Of a stretch of 64,000 nucleotides of DNA, positions 7,924-16,655 are shown piece after piece. Under the pieces are notes generated by a model. The model did no database searches, was not told the DNA's origin, and was given only the letters and a program-made list of their open reading frames with translations. Made by a program: the position numbers and the translations under genes. The first letter of the stretch is position 1. Every line of letters starts with the position of its first letter. The DNA comes from Candidatus Methylomirabilota bacterium (lineage in GTDB: Bacteria; Methylomirabilota; Methylomirabilia; Rokubacteriales; CSP1-6): NCBI GenBank assembly GCA_035764725.1, contig DASTYT010000130.1, forward strand, positions 364 to 64,363, in the 5' to 3' direction.

Positions 7924-8304
7924 TCAGCGCGCCGCCGCAGTGAGCGGCGTCACGAGCCGCGAACCGCGCGCCGACGTCGGCGCCGGCATGGGCGGCAGCA
8001 GGACGATCTCGAACGGCCGTGGACTCGCGTGCTCCATGGTGCGCTCCACGATCTGCACCAGCGGGCCAATCAGCGCCGGGCGTCCCGGCAACCGCAACCG
8101 CACGCACCAGCCTCCGCCCGGCCGGGCGGCGACCTCGGGCGCGGCCACCGCGCCCAGCTCGCGGTGGACGGCATCGGTCACCTGGATCTGCAGGGCCACG
8201 CGCCGCGCGCGGGCTCCGGCCCTCAGCTCCGCGAGCCACAGCAGCCCCACCACGAACCAGATCGGGCTCGTCGCGATCAACACCATCAACACCGTGGTCA
8301 TCAT
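7924..8304 (-). CDS. hypothetical membrane protein (one N-terminal TM helix, 126 aa)
   Basis: MMTTVLMVLIATSPIWFVVGLLWLAEL.. gives an N-terminal TM segment. The start is preceded by GGAAAGGGGGG. No family recognised. Confidence 0.5.
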   Translation of the reverse strand: MMTTVLMVLIATSPIWFVVGLLWLAELRAGARARRVALQIQVTDAVHRELGAVAAPEVAARPGGGWCVRLRLPGRPALIGPLVQIVERTMEHASPRPFEIVLLPPMPAPTSARGSRLVTPLTAAAR

Positions 8305-8406
8305 GGCGCCCCCCTTTCCTCATTGGTGAGACACCGGGGGCCGCCAGGTGTGAAAGCGACGCGAATACGCGGGGCGGCTGCGGCGGGCGGCGACGGCGAA
8401 GAACGG

Positions 8407-9369
8407 TCAGGCGGGAAGCGGATGCAGATCCGGCCGGCACGACGTGCACGGGGCCAGGCCGGCGCCTTCCGCGCGGGCGCGGGAGGCGTACACGGTGAAG
8501 TTGCTGAGCGACTGCTGGCTGATCGTACCGCAGGTCGGGATGCAGTACTCGGTGTCGTCGAGGTGGCAGTAGTACACCGCGTCCCGATCCACGTGCGGAC
8601 TCCGGCCGCCGCCCTTCAGGTGAATCCCCTCGAGCGAGAGGAGCTGCTGCTTGAGGCCGATCCGGTTTCCGGCATAGCCCACGAGGTCGCCGTCGCTTCC
8701 GACCACGCGATGGCAGGGCACCACGATGGGCAATGGATTGTGTCGCAACGCCTGGGCCACCGCCCGGCTCGCCTGCGGCGCGCCGAGCTCGTGCGCAATG
8801 CGCGCATATGACGCCACCGATCCAAACGGCAGGCGAAGCGTCACCTCGAGCACGCGACGCTGGAACTCGCTGCCGGCGAGGCGGAGATCCAGCGGCCAGT
8901 CGAGCCGCGTCCGCCGTCCCTGGAGATACTCCGTGAGGTCGCGGAACAGCCCCTCCGTGCGGGCGACATCCTCCACCGCCTCCGCGCCTCGCCGCGCGAG
9001 CTTGTTCCCCGCGCCACCGCGGCCCGAGATGTACTCGACCACCGACACGCCCTGCTCGGTGGCGCCGATGAGGATGGGACCCAGCGCCGACTCGAACACG
9101 CCGTAGCGCACGAGACGGGTCCGGAGATCGGCCAGTCGATGCTCCAGCTCCGCGCGCGCCAGTGTCGGCCCGGCTCCGGGCGCCGGCTCGCTGCGCAGCC
9201 CCGTCACCGCGCCCTCGATCTCCTGATAGCGCCCGAGCTCCTGCCGGCACTCCGAGCAGCCGGCGAGATGCGTGTCCACGCGCCGCGCCGCGGCGGGGCT
9301 CGCCTCCTCCATCGCCACCGCGATCAGGTCCGGCTCGACCTCACGGCACGTCAGGGTTTCGCGGCTCAT
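8407..9369 (-). CDS. ZAS-type anti-sigma domain fused to methylated-DNA-protein-cysteine methyltransferase (MGMT) and a C-terminal Ada-type Zn(Cys)4 domain
   Basis: The N-terminus has C8 and H34-x3-C38-x2-C41 (the HxxxCxxC ZAS motif). The middle part is an MGMT domain: ..FQRRVLEVTLRLPFGSVASYARIA..NPLPIVVPCHRVVGSDG with acceptor Cys219 (codon 8713-8715). The C-terminus YCIPTCGTISQQSLSNFTVYASRARAEGAGLAPCTSCRP aligns with E. coli N-Ada FCRPSC...NVSFYAN...AAGFRPCKRCQP, with the same C-x3-C-x26-C-x2-C spacing. There is an ATGA overlap with the sigma gene. Confidence 0.8.
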   Translation of the reverse strand: MSRETLTCREVEPDLIAVAMEEASPAAARRVDTHLAGCSECRQELGRYQEIEGAVTGLRSEPAPGAGPTLARAELEHRLADLRTRLVRYGVFESALGPILIGATEQGVSVVEYISGRGGAGNKLARRGAEAVEDVARTEGLFRDLTEYLQGRRTRLDWPLDLRLAGSEFQRRVLEVTLRLPFGSVASYARIAHELGAPQASRAVAQALRHNPLPIVVPCHRVVGSDGDLVGYAGNRIGLKQQLLSLEGIHLKGGGRSPHVDRDAVYYCHLDDTEYCIPTCGTISQQSLSNFTVYASRARAEGAGLAPCTSCRPDLHPLPA

Positions 9370-9914
9370 GCGCTTGGCTCCCCTCTTCCCACCTGGGCGA
9401 TGGCGAGGTCACCGAGCGCCCGGCGGACCTTGCGCAGCGCCTGGAACACGTGGGCGCGGGCACTCTCCGCGGAGCAATCGAGGCTCTGCCCGATCGCATC
9501 GTAGTCCAGCTCGTGGATCTTTCGCATGGTGAACGCCAGGCGCTGCTTCAATGGCAGCGCGATGACGATGGCGTCGATCTTCTTGCTTGCCTGCTCCAGC
9601 ACCGCTTCTCCTTCCGGCCCCCCGCCGTCGCGCCGCTCGTCCCGCTGCCCGATGGCCTCGTGAGCCCGTCGGCGGCGCGCCTCCGACCTCCAGTGATTCC
9701 GGCAGAGATTGGTGGCGATGGCGAACAACCACGCGCGGACGTTCGCGTCCGGCGCGAGCCTTCCGTGCGCCCGATACGCGCGGAGGAACGTCTCCTGCGA
9801 GAGATCGTCCGCATCGCTCGGACGGCGGGTCACCCGCGCGAGGTACCGGTGTATCTCTCCGTGGTGGGCGGCCACCACGGCCTCGAACGCCTGATCTGCC
9901 ATCACTCTACTCAT
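9366..9914 (-). CDS. ECF-type RNA polymerase sigma-70 family factor
   Basis: Region 2 (DADDLSQETFLRAYRAHGRL..RAWLFAIATNLCRNHWR) and region 4 (LPLKQRLAFTMRKIHELDYDAIGQSLDCSAESARAHVFQALRKVR) are present. An alternative ATG lies 4 codons in. Confidence 0.9.
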   Translation of the reverse strand: MSRVMADQAFEAVVAAHHGEIHRYLARVTRRPSDADDLSQETFLRAYRAHGRLAPDANVRAWLFAIATNLCRNHWRSEARRRRAHEAIGQRDERRDGGGPEGEAVLEQASKKIDAIVIALPLKQRLAFTMRKIHELDYDAIGQSLDCSAESARAHVFQALRKVRRALGDLAIAQVGRGEPSA

Positions 9915-9999
9915 GAGACCCCACGGGACCCGCGGCGTGAAATGGGCCTGCCGGGCCGTGAGCCATCGCCGTCAGATCAGCTGGTTATGTCCCGGTGGC

Positions 10000-11376
10000 T
10001 CAGAGCTGACCGGAGTCGCCCCAGGACGGCAGGAGGGCGCGGTAGGCGGGGTCCTGGTAGCGGTCCAGGTGAAACGCCTTCGCGTACGGGGGGAGCGGGC
10101 GGCCCACGATGTAGTCCGCGAGGAGGTCAGCGGCGCCGTTCGAGGCCATGAGACCGTAGCCCGAGAGGCCGCCGAGCACGTAGGCGCCGTCGAGCGCCAG
10201 GGGGCAGGCGAGGAAGCGGTTCTCCTCGGTCTTGGTGTAGTACCCACCGTCCACGAAGGTCCGGGGCAATCGGTCGGCGTAGCCCGCCATGGCCGGCAGC
10301 ATGCGGGACAGGCCCCGGATCACGATCTCGGCGTAGGCCGGATCGAACTCGATGGGGAACTGCGGCTCGAGCGGCTCGATGTCGTACGTCCAGATGCCCA
10401 GCACGATGGGGCTGTCCGCCGGCCCCTCGGGCCGGCCATGCACGCCCGGGGGCAGCTCCTCGAGCAGCCGGCGGATGTCCGGCGCTTCCCCGAGCACTTC
10501 GCGCTCCTCGGCCGACCAGGGCAGGCGCACCGGATCCGTCCAGATCAGCATCGGCGCGTGTCGCGGCACCGCGCCCAGCGAGTCGGTGAACGCGACCTTG
10601 GCGTGCCGCTCGCAGAACACCGGCAGCTCCACGCCCACGAGGCGTCCGACCTCCCTCAGGAACGGCCCCGCGGCGACGACGAAGCGCGGCGTGGCGATGC
10701 CGACGGACCCGCCCGCGCTCGCGAGGCGCACCCCGCGCACCCGGCCCCCCGCCGTTTCCACCGACTCGACGCGCCCCTCGATCAGCCGGGCCCCCTTCTC
10801 CCGCGCGCGCTCCAGCAGGTACATGCCGAGCTGCTGTCCGCTGAACCAGCCGCAGCGGCGCGCGTGCAGCAGCGCCACCGTGTCCTCGGCGAGATACGGG
10901 AAGTGGCGCCGGATCGTGCCGGCGTCGGTGACGACGTCGGCGCCCACGGGCTCGCCCTCGAAGCCCTCCGCCGGAGCCGGCCGGTACTCCGCGCCCGGCG
11001 TGGCGTGCAGGCGCGCCACCCCCGCCCCGCGTCCGGCCGCCTCGCGGGCGGCGCGGACGAAGTCGGGCACGCGCGCGGGATCGGCGGTCGCGAAGAGATA
11101 GCCGCGCCGGTTCATGCGGAACACGTTGCCGCTCTCGCGCGCCAGCTCCTCGAGGAGATCGATGCTCCGGTTCATCAGCGCGACCATGTCGTCGCCGGGG
11201 CCGGGCCACCAGTTCCGGTAGGATTCGGTGGACTTATCGCTGGTGAGTGAGAGCGGGGGACGCTCGTCCACGATCACGACATTGGCCATCCCGCGGCGAA
11301 CCGCCAGGTGATAGGCGGCCGCGATGCCCGCGATGCCGGCCCCGCAGATGACGACCTCGGCCGTGGATACGCCCAT
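10000..11376 (-). CDS. FAD-dependent oxidoreductase (DAO family)
   Basis: N-terminal dinucleotide fold VVICGAGIAGIAAAYHLA. 458 aa with DAO-like C-terminal motifs (GLSGYGLM). Confidence 0.8.
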   Translation of the reverse strand: MGVSTAEVVICGAGIAGIAAAYHLAVRRGMANVVIVDERPPLSLTSDKSTESYRNWWPGPGDDMVALMNRSIDLLEELARESGNVFRMNRRGYLFATADPARVPDFVRAAREAAGRGAGVARLHATPGAEYRPAPAEGFEGEPVGADVVTDAGTIRRHFPYLAEDTVALLHARRCGWFSGQQLGMYLLERAREKGARLIEGRVESVETAGGRVRGVRLASAGGSVGIATPRFVVAAGPFLREVGRLVGVELPVFCERHAKVAFTDSLGAVPRHAPMLIWTDPVRLPWSAEEREVLGEAPDIRRLLEELPPGVHGRPEGPADSPIVLGIWTYDIEPLEPQFPIEFDPAYAEIVIRGLSRMLPAMAGYADRLPRTFVDGGYYTKTEENRFLACPLALDGAYVLGGLSGYGLMASNGAADLLADYIVGRPLPPYAKAFHLDRYQDPAYRALLPSWGDSGQL

Positions 11377-11448
11377 GACGGACCGATCCTACCGCACCGC
11401 GCCCCGGCGCGGGCGCCAGTGTATGCTCGTCCCGAGGGAGGGCTCCCG

Positions 11449-12327
11449 ATGCGCTGGCGAGACATGCGGGGCAGCGGCAACATCGAGGACCGCGAGGGCC
11501 AGGGGCCGGCGCGCGGCGGTCTGGGCGGCGGCATGAAGCTCGGCGGCGCGGGCCTTCTCGCGGTGGTCGTCGTGAGCTTCCTGCTCGGGCTCAATCCGCT
11601 CGACGTCCTCACCGGGCTCCAGGGCGGCGGGCCGCCCCCGATGGACAGTCCCGCGCCGGGCCCGGCTCCGGGCGGCGCCCCGACGGGCGCGCCCGACCCG
11701 ACCAAGGAGTTCGTGGCGCGCGTGCTGGGCGACACCGAGGACACCTGGCGCGCCATCTTCCAGAAGCAAGGCCGCGAGTACGAGGCGCCGCGCCTCGTCC
11801 TTTTCCGCGGCGCCGTCGAGTCCGCGTGCGGCCACGCCAGCGCCGCGGTCGGCCCCTTCTACTGCTCGGGCGATCAACGTGTTTATCTCGACCGCGCGTT
11901 CTTCGAGGAGCTGTCGCAGCGCTTCGGCGCGCCGGGCGAGTTCGCGCGCGCCTACGTGATCGCCCACGAGATCGGGCATCACGTCCAGAACCTCATCGGC
12001 GTCACCGAGAAGGTGGCGTCCCAGCGCGCGCGGGGGGGCCGCGGGAACGCGCTCTCGGTGGCGATGGAGCTCCAGGCCGACTGCCTTGCCGGGGTGTGGG
12101 GGCACTACGCCAAGCGGCGAAACCTGCTGGACCCGGGCGACGTGGAGGCCGGGCTCCAGGCGGCCGCCGCCATCGGCGACGACCGCATCCAGCAGCAGTC
12201 ACGCGGCTACGTGTCCCCCGAGTCCTTCACCCACGGCAGCTCCGAGCAGCGGGTGCGCTGGTTTCGCACGGGGCTGGACTCGGGCGAGGTGCGCCAGTGC
12301 GACACCTTCGCGGCAGCCCGGCGCTGA
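11449..12327 (+). CDS. YpfJ-type neutral zinc metallopeptidase, membrane anchored
   Basis: ATG at 11449 follows GAGGGAGG. MRWRDMRGSGNIEDRR-like N-terminus, one TM segment, and HEIGHHVQN (HExxH). FYCSGDQRVYLD and ELQADCLAGVW are typical of the family. Confidence 0.85.
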   Translation: MRWRDMRGSGNIEDREGQGPARGGLGGGMKLGGAGLLAVVVVSFLLGLNPLDVLTGLQGGGPPPMDSPAPGPAPGGAPTGAPDPTKEFVARVLGDTEDTWRAIFQKQGREYEAPRLVLFRGAVESACGHASAAVGPFYCSGDQRVYLDRAFFEELSQRFGAPGEFARAYVIAHEIGHHVQNLIGVTEKVASQRARGGRGNALSVAMELQADCLAGVWGHYAKRRNLLDPGDVEAGLQAAAAIGDDRIQQQSRGYVSPESFTHGSSEQRVRWFRTGLDSGEVRQCDTFAAARR

Positions 12328-12367
12328 TGGGCGGGCGCTGGAGTATGATCCCGCCAGGGAGGAACCC

Positions 12368-13294
12368 ATGGCGATCTCCGCCGCGCCCCTGACCATCACG
12401 CCCCTGCATCCCTGCCTCGGCGCTCGCGTCGAGGGGGTAGATCTCTCGCGGCCCCTCCCCTCGGAGACGTTCCGGCGTGTCGCCGACGCCTTCGACGAGC
12501 ACTCGGTGCTGGTCTTCCACGACCAGCGGCTCACGGACGCGCAGCAGAAGGCCTTCAGCGAGCAGTGGGGACCGCTCGAGACGACGCTGGTGTCTCCGGG
12601 CAAGGAAGGCCGGCTGGATCCCAAGCTCGTGGATCTTTCCAACGTCGACCCGGACCACGGCAGCGCGCTCATGGACTGGAGCGACCGGCGGATGATGTAT
12701 CAGTCCGGCAATCAGCTCTGGCACACGGACAGCTCCTTCAAGCCAATCCCCGCGCATTCGTCCGCATTGTCCGGCCGGGAGATTCCGCCGGTGGGCGGCG
12801 AGACCGAGTTCGCGAGCATGCGTGTCGCCTACACCGCGCTCTCCCCGGTGGAGCAGGCGCGGCTCGAGGGCAAGGTGGTCGTGCATAGCATCATCTACTC
12901 GCGGAGCCTCATCGCGAAGGACCTGTTCGACCCCGAGCAGGCCCGGGCGCTGCCCGCGGTGCGCCATGCTCTGGTGCGCGCCAATCCCGCCCACGGCCGC
13001 AAGGCCTTCTACATCGGCTCGCACGCCTGGTTCATCGAGGGCATGCCGTACGCGGAGAGCCGGCGGCTCCTGGACGATCTCCTCGCGCTGACCACGGCGC
13101 CCGAGCGTGTCTATCGGCACGTGTGGCGGCAGTGGGACCTCGTCATGTGGGACAACCGCTGCGTGCTCCATCGCGGTCGCCCCTGGGACTCGGCGCGCTA
13201 CCCGCGGATCATGCGCCGCACGACCGTGGCCGGCGATGGTCCCACCGCCGACCCGCCGCTCGCCGATCCCGCGAGCCTGCCCGCCCTCGACTAG
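12368..13294 (+). CDS. TauD/TfdA-family Fe(II)/2-oxoglutarate dioxygenase
   Basis: ATG at 12368 follows GGGAGG. LWHTDSSF (HxD), ..GGETEFAS.., ..WDNRCVLHRGRPW.. motifs. Confidence 0.85.
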   Translation: MAISAAPLTITPLHPCLGARVEGVDLSRPLPSETFRRVADAFDEHSVLVFHDQRLTDAQQKAFSEQWGPLETTLVSPGKEGRLDPKLVDLSNVDPDHGSALMDWSDRRMMYQSGNQLWHTDSSFKPIPAHSSALSGREIPPVGGETEFASMRVAYTALSPVEQARLEGKVVVHSIIYSRSLIAKDLFDPEQARALPAVRHALVRANPAHGRKAFYIGSHAWFIEGMPYAESRRLLDDLLALTTAPERVYRHVWRQWDLVMWDNRCVLHRGRPWDSARYPRIMRRTTVAGDGPTADPPLADPASLPALD

Positions 13295-14472
13295 CCGTCG
13301 AGGTGGGGATCGCGGGCGCCCGCCTGCGCGCCAAAGCGCGTGATCGCAAACGCCGCCACGTCCGTCGTCACCGGCTTGCCGAGCATCTGATCGGCGACGA
13401 TGCGCCCGCAGAGCGGCCCCAGAGTGAGGCCGGTGGGGCCATGGCCGGTATTGAGGAACACGCCGCGCACGTCCGGCACCGGGCCCAGCACGGGGAGCGT
13501 GTCCACCGTGAACGGACGGAGACCCACGCGGATCTCGCGGATCTCCGCGCGCGCCAGCCCCGGCGCCACGCGCAGGGCCTCGTCGAGGACTTCTCGAACT
13601 CCCGCGGCCGTCGTCCGCGGGACGAAGCCCGACCCGCTCTCGCGCGTGGCGCCGGCCACCACCCGGCTGTCAGGCCACGGGACGAGATAGTGATGGTGGA
13701 AGGCATTGACCATCGGCCACTCCGACGTGTCGGTGCCTCCCAGGCCGAGGTGGATGATCTGGCCACGCTGCGGCGCCACGGGGATGGCGACGCCGAGCTG
13801 CCGCGCGAAGGCGTCCGACCACGCGCCGCCCGCGATGGCCACCACGCCCGCGCCGATCGTCTGCCCGCTCACCGTCACGCCCGTCACCGCGTCGCCCTCG
13901 AGCACGAGCCCCTCGACGCTGCCCTCGCGCACCGCGAGGCCGCGCGATTCCGCGGCGGCGCGGAGCGCCCGGTTGAGCAGCCGCCCGTCCACCCGCGCGG
14001 CGTCGCGCGAGTAGATCGCGCCGTGGACCGTGGCGAGCGGGGGAAAGAGCTCGCGCGCCTCCGCGGGCGAGATCTCGCGGAGCGCGTCGGGCCGCGGCCG
14101 GCCGGCCCGGCGCTGGCGCTCGAACACGATGCGCCGCGCCTGCACAAAGGTCTCGACCTCGTCGTCCGACACTGCGACCACGAGCTTGCCGCACCGTGCG
14201 TAGCCCGGATCGCCTGACTGCTCGCTTCGCAGCCGCTCCACCAGCGTCGGGTAGTACTCGACCGACTCCATGGCGAGGAAGTACCAGGCTTCGGGATCGC
14301 GGCTGTTGGTCTCTGGCGAGAGGATCCCGGCGCCCGCGTCGGTGGCGCGCCCCACGTCGGCGCGGTCCACGAGCAGCGTGCGGGCGCCTCCCGTCACCAG
14401 GTGATACGCGGTGGCCGCGCCGAGGAGCCCGCCGCCCACGACCACCGCGTCGAACGTCTCGATCACTCGCAT
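13291..14472 (-). CDS. FAD-dependent oxidoreductase (glycine/D-amino-acid oxidase family)
   Basis: DAVVVGGGLLGAATAYHL Rossmann motif and a ..NTGHGPTGLTLGP.. C-terminal motif. Its stop overlaps the convergent TauD gene by 4 nt. Confidence 0.8.
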   Translation of the reverse strand: MRVIETFDAVVVGGGLLGAATAYHLVTGGARTLLVDRADVGRATDAGAGILSPETNSRDPEAWYFLAMESVEYYPTLVERLRSEQSGDPGYARCGKLVVAVSDDEVETFVQARRIVFERQRRAGRPRPDALREISPAEARELFPPLATVHGAIYSRDAARVDGRLLNRALRAAAESRGLAVREGSVEGLVLEGDAVTGVTVSGQTIGAGVVAIAGGAWSDAFARQLGVAIPVAPQRGQIIHLGLGGTDTSEWPMVNAFHHHYLVPWPDSRVVAGATRESGSGFVPRTTAAGVREVLDEALRVAPGLARAEIREIRVGLRPFTVDTLPVLGPVPDVRGVFLNTGHGPTGLTLGPLCGRIVADQMLGKPVTTDVAAFAITRFGAQAGARDPHLDG

Positions 14473-14514
14473 GACGGCAGCGTAGGAGCGGGAGCGCTCC
14501 GCGTCAAGCCGCGC

Positions 14515-14832
14515 TCAGCGACGCATCGGCTGGTCTTCGGGAGCGCGGCGCGCGCCGTCCCGCCGCGCCTCGTCCTCGCTCGTGTAGCAGCGCGTCGGGC
14601 TCGCCTCCTCATAGAAGCGTCCGCCGGGCCGGTAGTAGACGAGCCCCGACTCTTCGGTGAGATAGCCCTTGATGGGATGCGAGGCGGGACACGCCCACGG
14701 CGTGACGGGCAGCACGCCTGCCCGCTCGTCGCTCCGCGCGGGGTCTGCCGCCAGCGCCAGGGTCATGACGGCAAGGAGGGCCGCCGCCAATCCCCTGCCC
14801 TTCCGGCCGGTCGCGCGGTATAGTCCCGGCAT
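14515..14832 (-). CDS. small secreted protein with a Cys-bracketed PIKG..YY.PG..Y...C motif
   Basis: MPGLYRATGRKGRGLAAALLAVMTLALA signal peptide, then ..WACPASHPIKGYLTEESGLVYYRPGGRFYEEASPTRCYTSEDEARRDGAR. Only the 3' 105 codons of the 525-aa ORF-track entry are credible. The rest is antisense to the amidohydrolase gene. Confidence 0.5.
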   Translation of the reverse strand: MPGLYRATGRKGRGLAAALLAVMTLALAADPARSDERAGVLPVTPWACPASHPIKGYLTEESGLVYYRPGGRFYEEASPTRCYTSEDEARRDGARRAPEDQPMRR

Positions 14833-14883
14833 GTGCAGTGCTCGCGACGTCATGCCGAGCTCGCGTGACCCTGAGGAGACCCT

Positions 14884-16026
14884 ATGAACTACACGCGTAT
14901 CTCCGCCGATTGCCACCTCGACCTCCCCTGGATGCCGCCGGACCTCTTCACCTCGAACGCCTCCGCGGCCCTCAAGGATCGCATGCCCTTCACGAAGGAT
15001 GGACCGGACGGGCCCTTCTGGACCTGCCGGAACGGCCAGTCGTTCGGATTGGTGAATGGCGTGGGCCCGGCCGGCCAGAAGTTCGTCCCCGGCATGCACC
15101 ACCGCGTGGACGTGATGGCGAAGACCGGCCTCTACGACGACGGCAAGAAGGGCATCCGGCGGGTGAGCGATCCCCAGCTCCGCATCAAGGACATGGATCG
15201 CGACGGCGTCGACGCCGAGGTGATGTACGGGATCCTGGGCGCCGCCACCCGGCTCAACGACCACGAGGCCGCCAACGAGATGTTCCGCATCTACAACGAC
15301 TGGCTCGTGGACTTCTGCCGCCACTACCCGGCGCGCGAGATCGGACTGGCCTGCCTGCCCTACGGCGACATCCCGGCCGCAGTGCAGGAGATCCACCGGG
15401 TCGCCAAGCTGGGGCTGCGGGGGCTGGAGCTCTCGTGCTCCTGGGACATGGAGCCGATGTGGCATCCCGCGTGGGAGCCCATCTGGAAGGCCGTGAATGA
15501 GGTGAACCTCCCGCTCCACTTCCACACCTTCCCCTCGCTGCCGCCGGGCAAGCTCGACTCCCAGACCGGGCTCACCCGGCGCGCGGCCTTCTTCACGGTC
15601 GTCTCGGGCTTCCAGATGAACCTGGTGAACATCCTCGCCGCCGTCATCGGCGCCGCCGTGCTCGAGCGCTATCCCAACGTGCGCATCGCCTTCGGCGAGA
15701 GCGGTATCGGCTGGATCCCCTACGCCCTCGATCGCATGGACTTCGAGTGGGAGGACCGCTTCCACGACCTCGGCCTCACGATGCGCCCCAGCGACTACTG
15801 GAAGCGCCAGTGCAAGGCGACGTTCCAGTTCGACCGCATCGGCACCAAGCTGATCGAGGACATGGGCGTCGAGACCCTCATGTGGGGCTCGGACTATCCC
15901 CACGGTGACGGCGTCTGGCCCGAGTCCACCCGCTACATCGACGAGCAGTTCGGGCACCTGCCCCCGGACGTGACGCGCAAGATCACCTGCGAGAACGCGG
16001 GGAAGTTCTACGGCCTGATCCGGTAA
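14884..16026 (+). CDS. amidohydrolase-2 family protein (ACMSD-like metal-dependent hydrolase/decarboxylase)
   Basis: ISADCHLD (HxH-type N-terminal metal motif), ..LPLHFH.., ..MWGSDYPHGDG.. C-terminal motif. Confidence 0.8.
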   Translation: MNYTRISADCHLDLPWMPPDLFTSNASAALKDRMPFTKDGPDGPFWTCRNGQSFGLVNGVGPAGQKFVPGMHHRVDVMAKTGLYDDGKKGIRRVSDPQLRIKDMDRDGVDAEVMYGILGAATRLNDHEAANEMFRIYNDWLVDFCRHYPAREIGLACLPYGDIPAAVQEIHRVAKLGLRGLELSCSWDMEPMWHPAWEPIWKAVNEVNLPLHFHTFPSLPPGKLDSQTGLTRRAAFFTVVSGFQMNLVNILAAVIGAAVLERYPNVRIAFGESGIGWIPYALDRMDFEWEDRFHDLGLTMRPSDYWKRQCKATFQFDRIGTKLIEDMGVETLMWGSDYPHGDGVWPESTRYIDEQFGHLPPDVTRKITCENAGKFYGLIR

Positions 16027-16111
16027 CCGATCCGCGCCCGGCGGGGCACGCGAACGTTTCTGGACGGGGCTCGGCGGGCTCCACGCGTTCACCTGGAGAC
16101 ACGCCCGACGC

Positions 16112-16549
16112 TCAATGACTCACGATCAGGTTCTCTCGCAGGATGTTCGCCTCCAGCTCGAGCTCGTCGAGTCGGCTCTTGACCAGGTCGCCGATGCTGA
16201 CGAGGCCGCAGAGCCGGTCGCCGTCGACCACCGGAAGATGACGCACACGGTGGCGCGTCATGCGTGCCATCACCGCGGTCACCCGATCCTCCGGCGCGCA
16301 CGTGAGTACCGGGCTCGTCATCACCCGGGACACCGGCATCGCGAGCAGGTGCTCGCCATGCTCGATCAGCCCTCTAACGATGTCGCGCTCCGAGACGATT
16401 CCGAGGATGCGCGTGCGGTCCTCGCTCAAAACCACCAAGGCTCCGATGCCCCGGCCCTTGAGGGTCCAGACGACGGAGTAGAGGGTCGTCTCGGGCGTGG
16501 TCGACTCGACATGGCTTCCCTTGGCGCTCAGGATGGCGGCGACGGTCAT
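16112..16549 (-). CDS. CBS-pair domain protein
   Basis: Internal ATG at 16549 follows GGGGAGG. There are two CBS repeats (..GIGALVVL..GIVSERDIV.. and ..VRHLPVVDGDRLCGLVSIGDLV..). Confidence 0.8.
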   Translation of the reverse strand: MTVAAILSAKGSHVESTTPETTLYSVVWTLKGRGIGALVVLSEDRTRILGIVSERDIVRGLIEHGEHLLAMPVSRVMTSPVLTCAPEDRVTAVMARMTRHRVRHLPVVDGDRLCGLVSIGDLVKSRLDELELEANILRENLIVSH

Positions 16550-16655
16550 CGCGAGCCTCCCCTTCTTGCTCTCTCTTGAACCGTAGACCCGTGTCCGGAG
16601 ATGGTCAAGGCCGAGCCGAACGGCGGCATGCGACACGAGCACGCGACGGCGCGAG

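Noticed and set aside
9915-9999. ECF-type autoregulatory promoter upstream of the sigma gene (GGGACA...CGGC on the minus strand)
   Set aside because: It only loosely resembles GGAAC-N16/17-CGT, and the spacing and -10 element are not convincing by eye.
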